From Chlorokybus atmophyticus (Eukaryota; Plantae; Mesostigma and Chlorokybus algae): a stretch of DNA of 64,000 bases. This document shows positions 52,874 to 64,000 of the stretch, one piece after another. The notes below the pieces were generated by a model that worked only from the letters and a program-made list of their open reading frames with translations, made no database searches and was not told where the DNA came from. Each line of letters opens with the position of its first letter. Within the stretch, counting starts at the first letter, position 1. Location of the stretch: assembly GCA_009103225.1 (NCBI GenBank), contig RHPI01001715.1:124001-188000 (forward strand), read 5' to 3'. The position numbers were made by a program, and so were the translations under genes.

Positions 52874-55800
52874 TTATCGCCCACGCATCACCTCTTCTAG
52901 CACACGCACTGCGCGGCGGCCATAGAACGAGCGATACACTTCCGGCAGTCCCCGCAGCTGTGCGCACGCCTCGCTCACCAGCGCCAGTGCCTTGCCTGAA
53001 AGAGGAGAGCATCACTCACTTACTCACTCACACACCCCACGCACACGGCAACAACGAGTTCACGATGCCACACAAACCTGCGGCAACTGGGTCCGCGTTG
53101 CCATACAAGTCTTTTCTGGGATACTCTTCGGACGAAAGGTCCCTCCAGAAGACGTTCACGGAGACGCTCAAGTCCAACGCAACCACGTTGTGCATCCACA
53201 AGGGCGGTATGTACAGCGCCTGATGTGGACACTAGGGTCACTCCATATCGTCTCTTTACAGAATTGGCGTATGTTGTGTTTTACCCTTCCTCACCTGACC
53301 AGGTTGGAGCACGCACTCGAACCCTGTCGTTTTTGCGAACAATGGGAACGTTGTTGGGTCCGGCGTGTCAATGTCGAGCACACGTGAGGACGATCCCTCC
53401 ATGTACATGAAGGGCTCCTCGCTTGGGGGAAACAAAACCACTCTCTTCGATCCAACTACCTGTCAAAGCAATCGAACACGTCAACCAATGACACATGACT
53501 CAGTCTGACCCACATGTTGACACAACAGCACGCCACCTGTATGAGCACGTTGGCCATCACGTCATAATGTGTCCACAGCCGGCAGCCTTTCGACCCCACT
53601 CTCAGCACGCTGGAGAAGAATTTATCTCCCAACATGCCAACAAACCTTCTCACAACACTCAACTCCCCCGCCAGATGCGGGAACAGCGCTGCGAAATCCG
53701 AGGGCTCTTTGCGTGGGTTCGCATTGATAGACCTCAGGTATAGAAACTCTTTGGCACTACTATTATCTGAGGCGCGTGCGATGAAGTCGCAAAAAGGCAT
53801 GACTTCAAACTTGAAGTTGCGTGTAGTAAAGTCGAGGCAAGGGTCGGTGCAGACGTGCGCGGAGATGAGCCGATGCGCGTCGGGACAACGCATGAGGTAA
53901 GTTGGGGTCCATGTGCGTGAGGCGGGAGCGCAGTCCAGACCCGATATCACCACCGGACAGCCGGTATCAACCAGTTCCTGCAAAACATGAGACGATATCA
54001 GACCTTTCGAATGTCAACCCATGTCAACAATAGTGCTTATGACGGAGAAGAAAAAGCGTGCTTACTGGCCACCTTCATGGCGCATGCGAGCGCTTCGTCA
54101 TCACCTTCACAGGTCTGTGAGAGATTCATTTGTTCAACGGCACCCCATCGACGGTTGTTGTTGTTGTTGTTGTTGTCAATGCTGCTGTGCACGCTGCTGT
54201 TGGCAGAGGCTGCGGCGCCGACATGAGGGCAGCAGGCGATGTCCGCCACGACATGACGCACGTGCGGAGCATACCTATGTGACAACATGCATCACATTTC
54301 ATGTACACGCGCACATGCGCACACGCACAAGTGCAAACACACATGCGCACACGCACGCGCAGATGTGCATGCATGCAAGCGCGCATAGACAAGCACACAT
54401 ACACACATACACATATTACAGAGTTGGACCTTACCACTTGACTTTCTCCACATGTGCGAGTGACACCTCCCACGCCAGCCCTTCGCTCTCAGCAATGCTC
54501 GCGATGCTCTTCACCACTTCCTGCGCCCACGCCTGCTCGCTCCCTTTGCCGCCGCGCAGGGTGTCCACATTGCCATGGACGTGCAGGACTCCACCCGAAG
54601 CGGGCTTCAAGCACTGCACGGCCGTCCTCCACGCCCTCGCACTCGAAGGCAACAACCCCAAACAGACCCTATCCGCAACACCCTGGAAGAGAGTAGTGGT
54701 TGTACACAAGTGGACATTGGCAAACATATTGGGATGTGTGCTGGTGTGTCCTACCTTTGGGGCGGTGAGTGTGTTGTCGCCTTCATATACGGTACATCTA
54801 TCTGCGTGTACACGATTGATGTGTAGGGCTCGTTTGAGTGCCGTGACGGCATGGGGGTTCCAATCGCACGCATGCACGTGCTTCGCCCTCCCTTTCACCA
54901 GAAACTGCAGCGTGTAGTACCCGATGCCTGCGAATAGGTCCACCACAACCTCCTTGTCTGGTGTTGATATCGCGCGGCCCATACGCTGGCGCTCGGTCGT
55001 GTTGCCAGATGAAAACATGCATCGAGTCACGTCAAAGGCGTATATCACGCCGCCCTCTTTGTGCTCAACCCAACCGGCAGCATCGGTAGCGACGTGGCCG
55101 GGAGCATATAGCATCGATGCTCGGCTGCTGCGGGTATCGTCGGAGGCCACAGACGCCTGGTGTGAGATACATGTTGGGTGCGAGTATACTTGCAATACAC
55201 ACACGCGCGCACGCACACACGCGCACACGCGCCCCAGCCACTCACCCACACATAAACACGCGGACGCACGCACGCGCGCGTGCCCCACCCACTCACAGCC
55301 ACACACATAAAGACATATACACGTACATGGACACGCACATATGCGCACGTACACGCAATGTAGCACTTGCATGCGCGCCTGTACACTGGCACATACTCGC
55401 ACGCCGCCATACGCACGCAGAGAGCAACACTCTCACACAGCTACACACCACACTTACCTGTCTGGCAACGCGCGTGACGCTTAGCGCCTTTGCCACAGCC
55501 GGCCAGAGCGCTTCAGCCACATCCCCTCTCACCCACATGACATCCGCGAAGGCATCCGCTGGCAGCATGGCGATATCACCCCCAAGAATCTCCCACCTCT
55601 TCGGCACCTCCAACATCAACCCTTCCAACACATCGATATCAACCCCACACTCGACCGATCTCTCTCTCACAGCCGTGCTGAGTCTTTCACACGGCGACAA
55701 CGTTGCTTTGCCGTTCGCTACGGGCGTGCATTGCATCGAGGCCATGCGGAAGTCACGGATGATATCGCTGTGGAGGACGCTGATATCGGTTGTTGCTGCG

Positions 55801-56904
55801 GCGTCGGTGATGGGGAATGCGACCGTGTCGGTGGCGAAATCCACAAAGGGATGATAGGCGCGGTCGAGCAAGCCGGCGGATTTCAACGCGTCTTTAAGAC
55901 GCTTGGCTGCTGACTTCGGTGCGATGATGACGGGACGAACAGAGATATCACTCCTCACCTCCTCCTCCCCGCCTGCCGACAACAAGTCCACACGTCAACG
56001 CAGAGGAACTTGATGAGCAACACATCGAACATGCAACACACACATGACAACCAGAAAACAACCAGACGGAGCAAAGCATCACATCCAACAAATACGCACA
56101 TGTGCATGCACGCAACACCGTGCCACTCACTCTGCTGGCTGCTGCTGCTTGCCGCAAACTGGCTCACACGTCTTTCGACCTCCCCAACCCGTCTCAACAC
56201 CTCCCTCTGTCTATTCTCCACCACACCATACCTCCCCTCCACACCATCGCCCCCACCCCCACTCACCACTCCCTTTTCCCCCATGAACATTTCAATGAAT
56301 GCGGTGTGGAACCGCGCGATGCGTGCGAGGTTGGCCTCCTGCTTGGCGTTGCACTGGGCGATGAGCCGTGCGACGTACGTGGCTGAAGCAATCACCTCGC
56401 CGCGCACGGCGACGGGGGCCTCGAGACGGATGGAACAGCGCACGTTGATCACAAAACGACCCTTGACGCAAGTTATGCCTGACAGGGAACACAGCAATAG
56501 TGCGAGTGAGAAGAAGTTTGTGTGCATGCATGTGCGTGTGCGTCTGCGTGCGTGTGCGCACGCGCATGCCTGCGTGGGCGTGGGCGCGGGCGTGGGCGTG
56601 CTCGTATGCGTGCATGCGCGTGAGCGGGTGCGTGTGTGCGTGTGAGTGCTCATGTGCTTGCGTGCGTGCATGTTACAAAACCTCACCGGATTCGCGGTAA
56701 CCGCACGCGCGTGCGCACTGCACGAGGTCCGAGGCAGTATCAAGGGAATCGCACTCGGCCGCGAGTATGAACGGCTCGTACTTCAGCGTCGCGTCGTTCT
56801 CACCGCCACAAACCGCCTGCAGCGCCTCCCACACGCTGTCCGCGTCCGCACACTCGTGACTCACGTACAGAAACACGCAACCTTTGGACTTGGAGCTGCT
56901 GGTG

Positions 56905-56936
<32 letters not shown>

Positions 56937-57515
56937 GGTGGTGGTGGTGAAGAGGGATGTGCGGCCTGAGCATGAGGAGAGTGTGAAGCAGCGGCTGCAG
57001 GAGTTGATGTCGGCCACCAGTGCGGATATCGGCGCGTCCACGGAGCCTGCCCCCAACACGGCCGCAGCACAATGACAAACACTCGTGACAAACGCTTGTG
57101 CAAGGTGTCGCATGCACACGGCAGCGGCATGGTGTGGAGGTGCATGATGATGCGTGCAGGCTAGGGCTGCTTCCTATGCTGTGTGTATGTTTGCATGCAT
57201 GCAGGAAGCGAAAAACAGACTGCACTTGCACCCATGCCGTGTGCATGAGCGACAGTGTGTGGAACATAATTGCGATGGGATTTGGTCTGCTCATGAAGTT
57301 GAATCTGCGTGAGGTGTGTGCGTGTTGGTGTATGTGAGCGTAGTTGTCAGAGCATGCGTTAGTGCCGCCACCAAACGCATGAGAGTGCGTTGTGTCCTTA
57401 GGTGTGCACCTTTAATGGAGCGGTCTTGGTCGCCGTCCTGCAGCGCCCGAAGCGTGGCGGCCCTGCGCTCCGAGAATCCCGACGCGGACGCCGAAACCGA
57501 CGCCGGACGCCCCAT
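52874..57515 (-). CDS. TYW3/TYW2/TYW5: tRNA-Phe wybutosine biosynthesis fusion: TYW3 methyltransferase + TYW2 (Trm12/Met-10-like ACP transferase) + TYW5 JmjC hydroxylase
   Basis: TYW3: DRSIKG|SVDAPI..TLSSCSGR..YEPFILAAEC..CGYRESG..NVRCSIRLEAP. TYW2: PKRWEILGGDIAMLP..WVEHKEGGVIYAFDVTRCMFSSGNTTER..VVVDLFAGIGYY..ACDWNPHAV..ADRVCLGLLPSS..LHVHGN..VKW|YAPHVRHVVAD. TYW5: PVVISG..WTPTYL..LDFTTRNF..YLRS..FSSVLRVGS..LWTHYDVM..WMHNV..VSVNVFW..KDLYGNADP..LPEVYRSFYGRR. Confidence 0.9.
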
Positions 57516-57829
57516 GATGGGTGAGAAGCACGCCGGCACCGCCACCGCCGCCGCCGCCGCCGCTGCGACGGTCTGGAGTGAAGGGTGTAGGACGTAAGTA
57601 TGTTTGGACCAAAATGCCAGTCCACAACGTCGCGGCCGTTCCGTTCAGTTCTGAAAGGAAGTCCCAGTCTGTTCAGGTGTCCTATGCATGGGCGGTGGAG
57701 GAGGCATGGTGTCCACGCATGGCTCGGCCACCATCGACTCTGCCGCGTGCGTTTTCTGGAGGGCTGTACAGACCACACAATCAGTATTGGCATCATGGAT
57801 GTCTGATACTGACAGCGCATGCATGTGCA

Positions 57830-60800
57830 TTACATACTGGACATGCTGTCATCACTCACCAGCACCATTATCTCCTCAGCAAGTGCCCGATCAGCGGTAG
57901 AGGTCAACTGTGTTGATGTTGCATGAATATCTCCGGTCTTCCTGCCCTTATGACGTGCCTGATGACCAGCTTTGATGTCCAGATTATCGATAGATGCTAG
58001 CACATGAGTCGTGAGCCGTGCCTGCAGATGCGACACAGAGTTGAGATTATGAGAGCCTGAGTGTGTATGTGGCGATCGATGTAACTGCGGCCAACTGTCA
58101 CCCCCACTCGGTTGAGAGTTCCAATCAACTGGTTGCTTTTAAGGTGGGTGTCAACTTCGTTATTGACTATTAGCTGGATGGGCGAATAGGCGAACTTGCT
58201 CCTCGCATACAAGGTAGAGTGCAACAAGAACGGTGTCTTGTTGCGTAGCATCGTCAAGGCACGTGCCCTTTGCGGGCCAGGCACAGGTGCTCACTCCATC
58301 TGTCTGTAGCCGGTGAGTGTTCCAAAGAAAAAACTGTCGCACTACAAGACCGCAACTCTCCCACTCAGCTTGCCAATCCACACGGCAAAGGTCAGAGTCC
58401 ATTTTATTGCGCTCCACATGCCGTTGCCTCTCCACCTTCATCACCCTGGTCAGCGTGCGCAAGACAGCATCGGATAGTTCGTCTCCATCAACTGCACTAT
58501 TACTTTTACACCCTGTCTGGTGCTAGCAGGCACTTCGGTAACCCTCATGCCGCGACGCTGAAGGCATGCTAGCTTCATCGGCCCAGGCAGCAATCATGAG
58601 TGTGCCTTGTTGCTGGCACCAGTCACCACCACCACAGCCCCCGGCAGGCGCTGAAGCACCGCTCGCACATGAACACCGGCAGGGGTGATGTGATAATTGA
58701 CTGCGACAGTATGCCGAAAGACAACTGCATCGCGTTGCAGCAGCTGGGATGCCACATCTCTCACAGCACACGCCAGAGGCACACTGCACATTCCTCATTT
58801 GCTGCATTATTGACGTCATCTTCAAACAACTGCCGCACCTCGTCCGCAATGCATGCATCATGCTGAGATGGCTGTAAGGACCTATTGGTCCTCAAAGTCT
58901 CACGCAATTCAGTGATCACATCTTCCAGCTCAACCAACTTGCCCCGATAACCCTCCACGTCGTGTCCAACCTTCAGTCTATATCTCCTCTTTGCGTTGCA
59001 TGCATCTGTTGCCTCACGCACACTAGTTTCCAACATCATGATACATGATTGCCATCAATCATCCTGGCCCTAGTACATAGTCATCAGACAGGAATATGTT
59101 ACAACACCAAACTTGCCTCCACATGCAAATGTACACCATCCAACTCCTCCTCCAGATGCCGCATAGCACATGCGGCATCCTGGCGGCGCTTGCCATCTTG
59201 GCTGACATGTCTGCTGAGCTGACAGCGTATGCTCTCGCAATTCCTATACCACGGAGCTTAGAGTAAGTAGCACTCCCTATGCTGCTGACCTGACGGCGTA
59301 TGCTACACATGGCTACACTCACCTCACACTGTCTGCGCAACATCAACACCTTTAGCTGAGATTCACGCAAGGGACTGCTGCTGTCGTGGCATTGTTTGGT
59401 CTCCACCGCATGCAGTGCAGCGCGCACGGATTGTAAGTCCTGGCTCACTTAGTCTCTATCTTGTATGACCGCGGCAAGCTCTACACGCAATCCTTGCAAT
59501 TCCTGCCTTGAGCATTGGATGTAGACACACAGTCGCACACGGTTGCATATGTTTGCAAGTTTGTGTAGCTATCTGCCATGTATAGAACAGCGCATCCAGT
59601 CCACTCATTGCAGCGTGCATGCATTACTAGATCTTATACAAGCAGGCACTGCATGAGACATAACTTGCAAACACACACTTAGCCAGATATGGATGAGTTG
59701 TTTTTGCTTTGCAGCTGCATTGTGTGTGCCCAGGTAGCATGGTGTAACAATATCACAGCTGCTTTTATCAACAACCAAGTATCTTAAGCTCGCTAAAAAC
59801 GCGGGTCTGCTTGTGCGCATCATTCGCATGCACATTACCAGGCCCAACTTGGTCTGCACAGACAACATCCATAAGACAGGGTGTGACGACACTATATAGA
59901 CATTTATTACATCGAGTACGCTATACCGTCACCTACAGAACATGCATGCGGATAGCTCGAGTGCTCTGACTATGACACAATACATTACTAGCCTGAGCGG
60001 CTCGGTCTAGTCATGTATTGTGTCATAGTCAGAGCATTGCCAAGTGGGCGCTGAGCGCCCACCTGGTAATGTGCCTAGTGGTGTCTTGGGAGCTATAGGG
60101 ACTCCCCTCGCAGCGTTGTTCATTCGAGAGTGGGTTGAACCAAACACGAAACGATTCCCATGTCTATCGGTGCAACAGTTTGCAGGCGGAGTCTAGTGTA
60201 GTGCAGCACTACCAAGCACCTGCTGTTGCAGATCTGGTTGATAGTGCTTTTGCTTCTTGCGCAGCCGAGACGCTACACGAGGGAAGTCTCCTGGTCCTCC
60301 TCCTCATCCGACTCCCCCAACTCAACATCATCCTGCTACGCATTGGCCATGATGCGGCGTCAGTTGCCAAACACGTCCACTACTGCCAGATGCAACATAC
60401 ACAGTCAGAATGTCACCTGAGCACCAAATACAGAGTGTTTGCCTGACTGAAGCAGAGGGACATCCTGCGCAACAACTCAGTAACACAGAGTACCACTTCA
60501 TCAATGCACATTACACACATATCATAGGCAACGTGCACGACAGTGGACACAAGCTTCAAAGCATACTATACACACATGTGCGCCCAACTGACAACCATAC
60601 ACTCGCCCCACATATCGAGCACAAAACCAAAATGTCGCCTTGCCATCACCAAGTCTTCTCGTAGGTCAATGCATGTACAAATACCCCTGTAGCGTTCATT
60701 ATCGTCTTCAACAGACCACACCCCTTCGTCAACTGCTGGATGTAATGCTTATCCTCCGCCCGGCGTCGTTTGGCAAAGTCGCGCTGGTTGTCAATGCGAC

Positions 60801-60900
60801 CCATCCTCGCAGCCTCGACAGCCTCGAGCTGTCGACGCTGCTCCTCGATCAGCAACGCCCAGCCTCGTCAGCCATCACCGCCGCCGCCGCCACCGCCGCC
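57830..60900 (-). pseudogene. Degenerate coding remnants, possibly transposon-derived
   Basis: Protein-like fragments (LIEEQRRQLEAVEAARMGRIDNQRDFAKRRR; DDVELGESDEEEDQE; KLVELEDVITELRETL; KSNQLIGTLNRVGVTVGRSYIDRH) are broken by stops, some of TAG/TGA type. No family recognised. Confidence 0.35.
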
Positions 60901-61494
60901 ACCGCCGCCACCACCTACTTCCTGGGTACAATTATCGCCCGCAAACAACCCGCCACACACACAATTGAACTGTCAAACCGCCGTTGCCCAGCGGTATATC
61001 AACTCTCGCGCTACGTAACACCAGTACTTTATCGACACTGAGCAACGCTGGCCTAAAACGACACTAAACACCAAACACACCTATCTGTTAATGCAACACA
61101 ATTAACTACCAGCCGTTGGCAAACATAGTACTACTTAACAACATCGTCGACAACAAGCGCTGTACGCGCCCACAACTGTCAATTACTGCTGCTTGAGCAC
61201 CTCTCACGCTCTACATACGTTGCCAGCCTTCATTGCAGCCGTCCATTTCCTCAAATCTGCCATAGGGAAGCCGTCTGGCGTTTATAAGTCCCAGACCTGC
61301 ATACCGCGAACACCATCAATAATAGGATTTGAGACATAGGTAGTCACCATAAACTTGCACTTTTCGAGTTGTATACATCAATTGATGTGGTCGTCGTCTC
61401 TTGCCTAATAGCCTAAGGTACGATTATGGTTGTGCTCAGCCAAATGACAACAACCGATGACAGCATAGACAACGTACACCCGCACGTGCACGCG

Positions 61495-62190
<696 letters not shown>

Positions 62191-62979
62191 CTTGCACTTG
62201 CACACTCACACGCGCTCGCACACACACGCAAAGCTGAAACAGCCCCTCCCCATTTAATCATTACACCATGACAACACCTGAGGGGCTAGCTATGGGGATT
62301 AGTTATGTGCAATGCAAGACGGGAAGGCGCAACGGTTGAAAAGGGATGTGAGATTGACGCAAGCCTGCCTTGTGCTCTGCCTGTACATACAATGCGGACT
62401 GCAAAGGGCATGCAACCGTCATCGCAACATTGGTGTGACTGCGTTGCGACTGCCCTGTGCTTGCGCACAACTCATACACGACTCAAATATTACATCACAA
62501 CACTTCACCATAACCTAAACCACCGCATCACTCGATAGCACTGTTAGGTTGCGCTCATGCGGACCATCTCCTTATATGATTCTGATCTCTGGCAGACGCC
62601 GATGCCTTAATAGAGGCAAAGACACTGGCAGAAGAGGTGTATAACATATAGGGTGCATTGACATTATGAGCATTGACAAGCATGTGCCTTGCAGCGCAAT
62701 GCTCATGCTGCGTGCGCCTCCTATAGCGACAGCATCTTTTGCTACTATGTAGCCTGGCGGTTGTGGAACCCTCCTGGTGCAATCAAACTGGTTGTCTGCT
62801 GTGAGTTTTTAACTGCCAATCAAATGGCTGTCTTATGCATGCTCACATTTGCACCTAGCAAGCCCTGTACACACAACCTTTGAATGTCAAGTTGGTGTGG
62901 GTGTGAGTGAAAGCATTATTATTGTTGATGGGCACATTAAACCGGGAGTGTATCAAAGGCAATTGGGGTTTGCGTTACC

Positions 62980-63155
62980 CCATGCTTAGATGCATGTTGC
63001 TTGTATACCAGTCAATTCTTACACTAATAACCAAGTACTCAAAGCAACACCCCATGCGGATCTCTATATATTTAGATGTTGCTTGTATACCAGTCAATTC
63101 TTACACCAAAAACCAGTACTCAAAGCAACAACCCATGCGGATCTCTATATACATA
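62980..63155. repeat. 82-bp tandem duplication
   Basis: ATGTTGCTTGTATACCAGTCAATTCTTACAC..CCA.GTACTCAAAGCAACA.CCCATGCGGATCTCTATATA starts at 62994 and 63076. Confidence 0.88.
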
Positions 63156-64000
63156 TTTTACCCACAAATAATGCCCCCGCAAGCAAATGCTCAATACAGG
63201 TATGGCCAGGCAGGGACACAAGTGCTCCGAACCTGGCGCGTTCCATTACACTGCCCCGCGCTCCACAACAGGTTGCTATGCACGTTATGTCTAGCAAACT
63301 TTGTTATGCCCAGCAACCGTGTGCAGGTGCATGGGCAAAGGAAGTTGCATAATTGCATGAGTCAATCTACCATGCCGGTGGCTACAATATCAGAGCTAGA
63401 AACAATAAATGGGCATGCACAAGATCAGTGCAACTGGTACCATATGTACAGCGGCTTAACATGCATATCCGTACACTAACTAGACAACCGAGAATGCTGA
63501 GCCACCCCACAATATAGGGTGCATCGGTGCCAATCAACATAGCAACCATCACCACATGGCTCATGGCTCGATGAAAGTCCACAGATGAAAGCTCCAGAGA
63601 CCGCAGACGCGCTAGTCATTGTTTGCATCTTCCTGGGCAAGCTTCTCATTTAGCATTGCGTTTAATCGGCGTTCCAGTTCCACATTCCGCTGCTTCATTG
63701 ACTGATTCTCTTCCATTAGGGAGGCAACCTGTGAGTGCACCCATTGTCTCCTTCAGCACAATGGTCGCGCATCGCATCATGAAAGCAAGCAATTGCAGCA
63801 AGGATGCAAGCAATGAACCTGTTGCTGAAGCTCCTGTATCCTCTGCAAAAGCTCCAACTCGTTGTGCACATCAAACATCCCAGCCCGGCCGCGCATGGCC
63901 AGCATATGCTGTGTGTCAAACTGCTAACACCATTGCTGTTGTTAGATAGACATGCAGAGGTACTGACCAGCATGATGCACGATGAGCAGCAAAGCTACAA

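Noticed and set aside
62907-63949. Plus-strand ORFs near the right edge
   Set aside because: Partly generated by the 82-bp tandem repeat; no recognisable domain.

Overview
Eukaryotic nuclear DNA with intron-rich genes, GT-AG splice sites and long microsatellites. The gene set (SULTR4-like sulfate transporter, At4g10000-like plastid double-GST-N protein, ARK-like kinesin motor) points to a green-lineage organism, probably a streptophyte alga; this is inference. Host genes from left to right: a secreted bacterial-type S53-like (Glu-for-His) subtilase running off the left edge; a kinesin with a 42-aa-repeat stalk, head-to-head with a plastid GST-N/thioredoxin-fold gene; a SULTR/STAS sulfate transporter; an AT-rich ~7 kb intergenic tract; a secreted galaxin-like dicysteine-repeat protein; a GPI-anchored protein with an internal duplication; a 2-TM protein with a Cys-containing ectodomain; and a TYW3-TYW2-TYW5 triple-fusion wybutosine gene. 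At about 32-41.7 kb lies a composite Helitron/Helentron-like element. It holds a Rep(HUH)-PIF1 helicase, a spliced triple-repeat ORF, a decayed GIY-YIG nuclease and an apparently intact 6-exon C2H2/coiled-coil/RING gene bracketed by ~165-bp inverted repeats. The strongest leads are this cargo-carrying Helitron and the TYW3-2-5 fusion. Exon boundaries were read by eye and are approximate unless stated.
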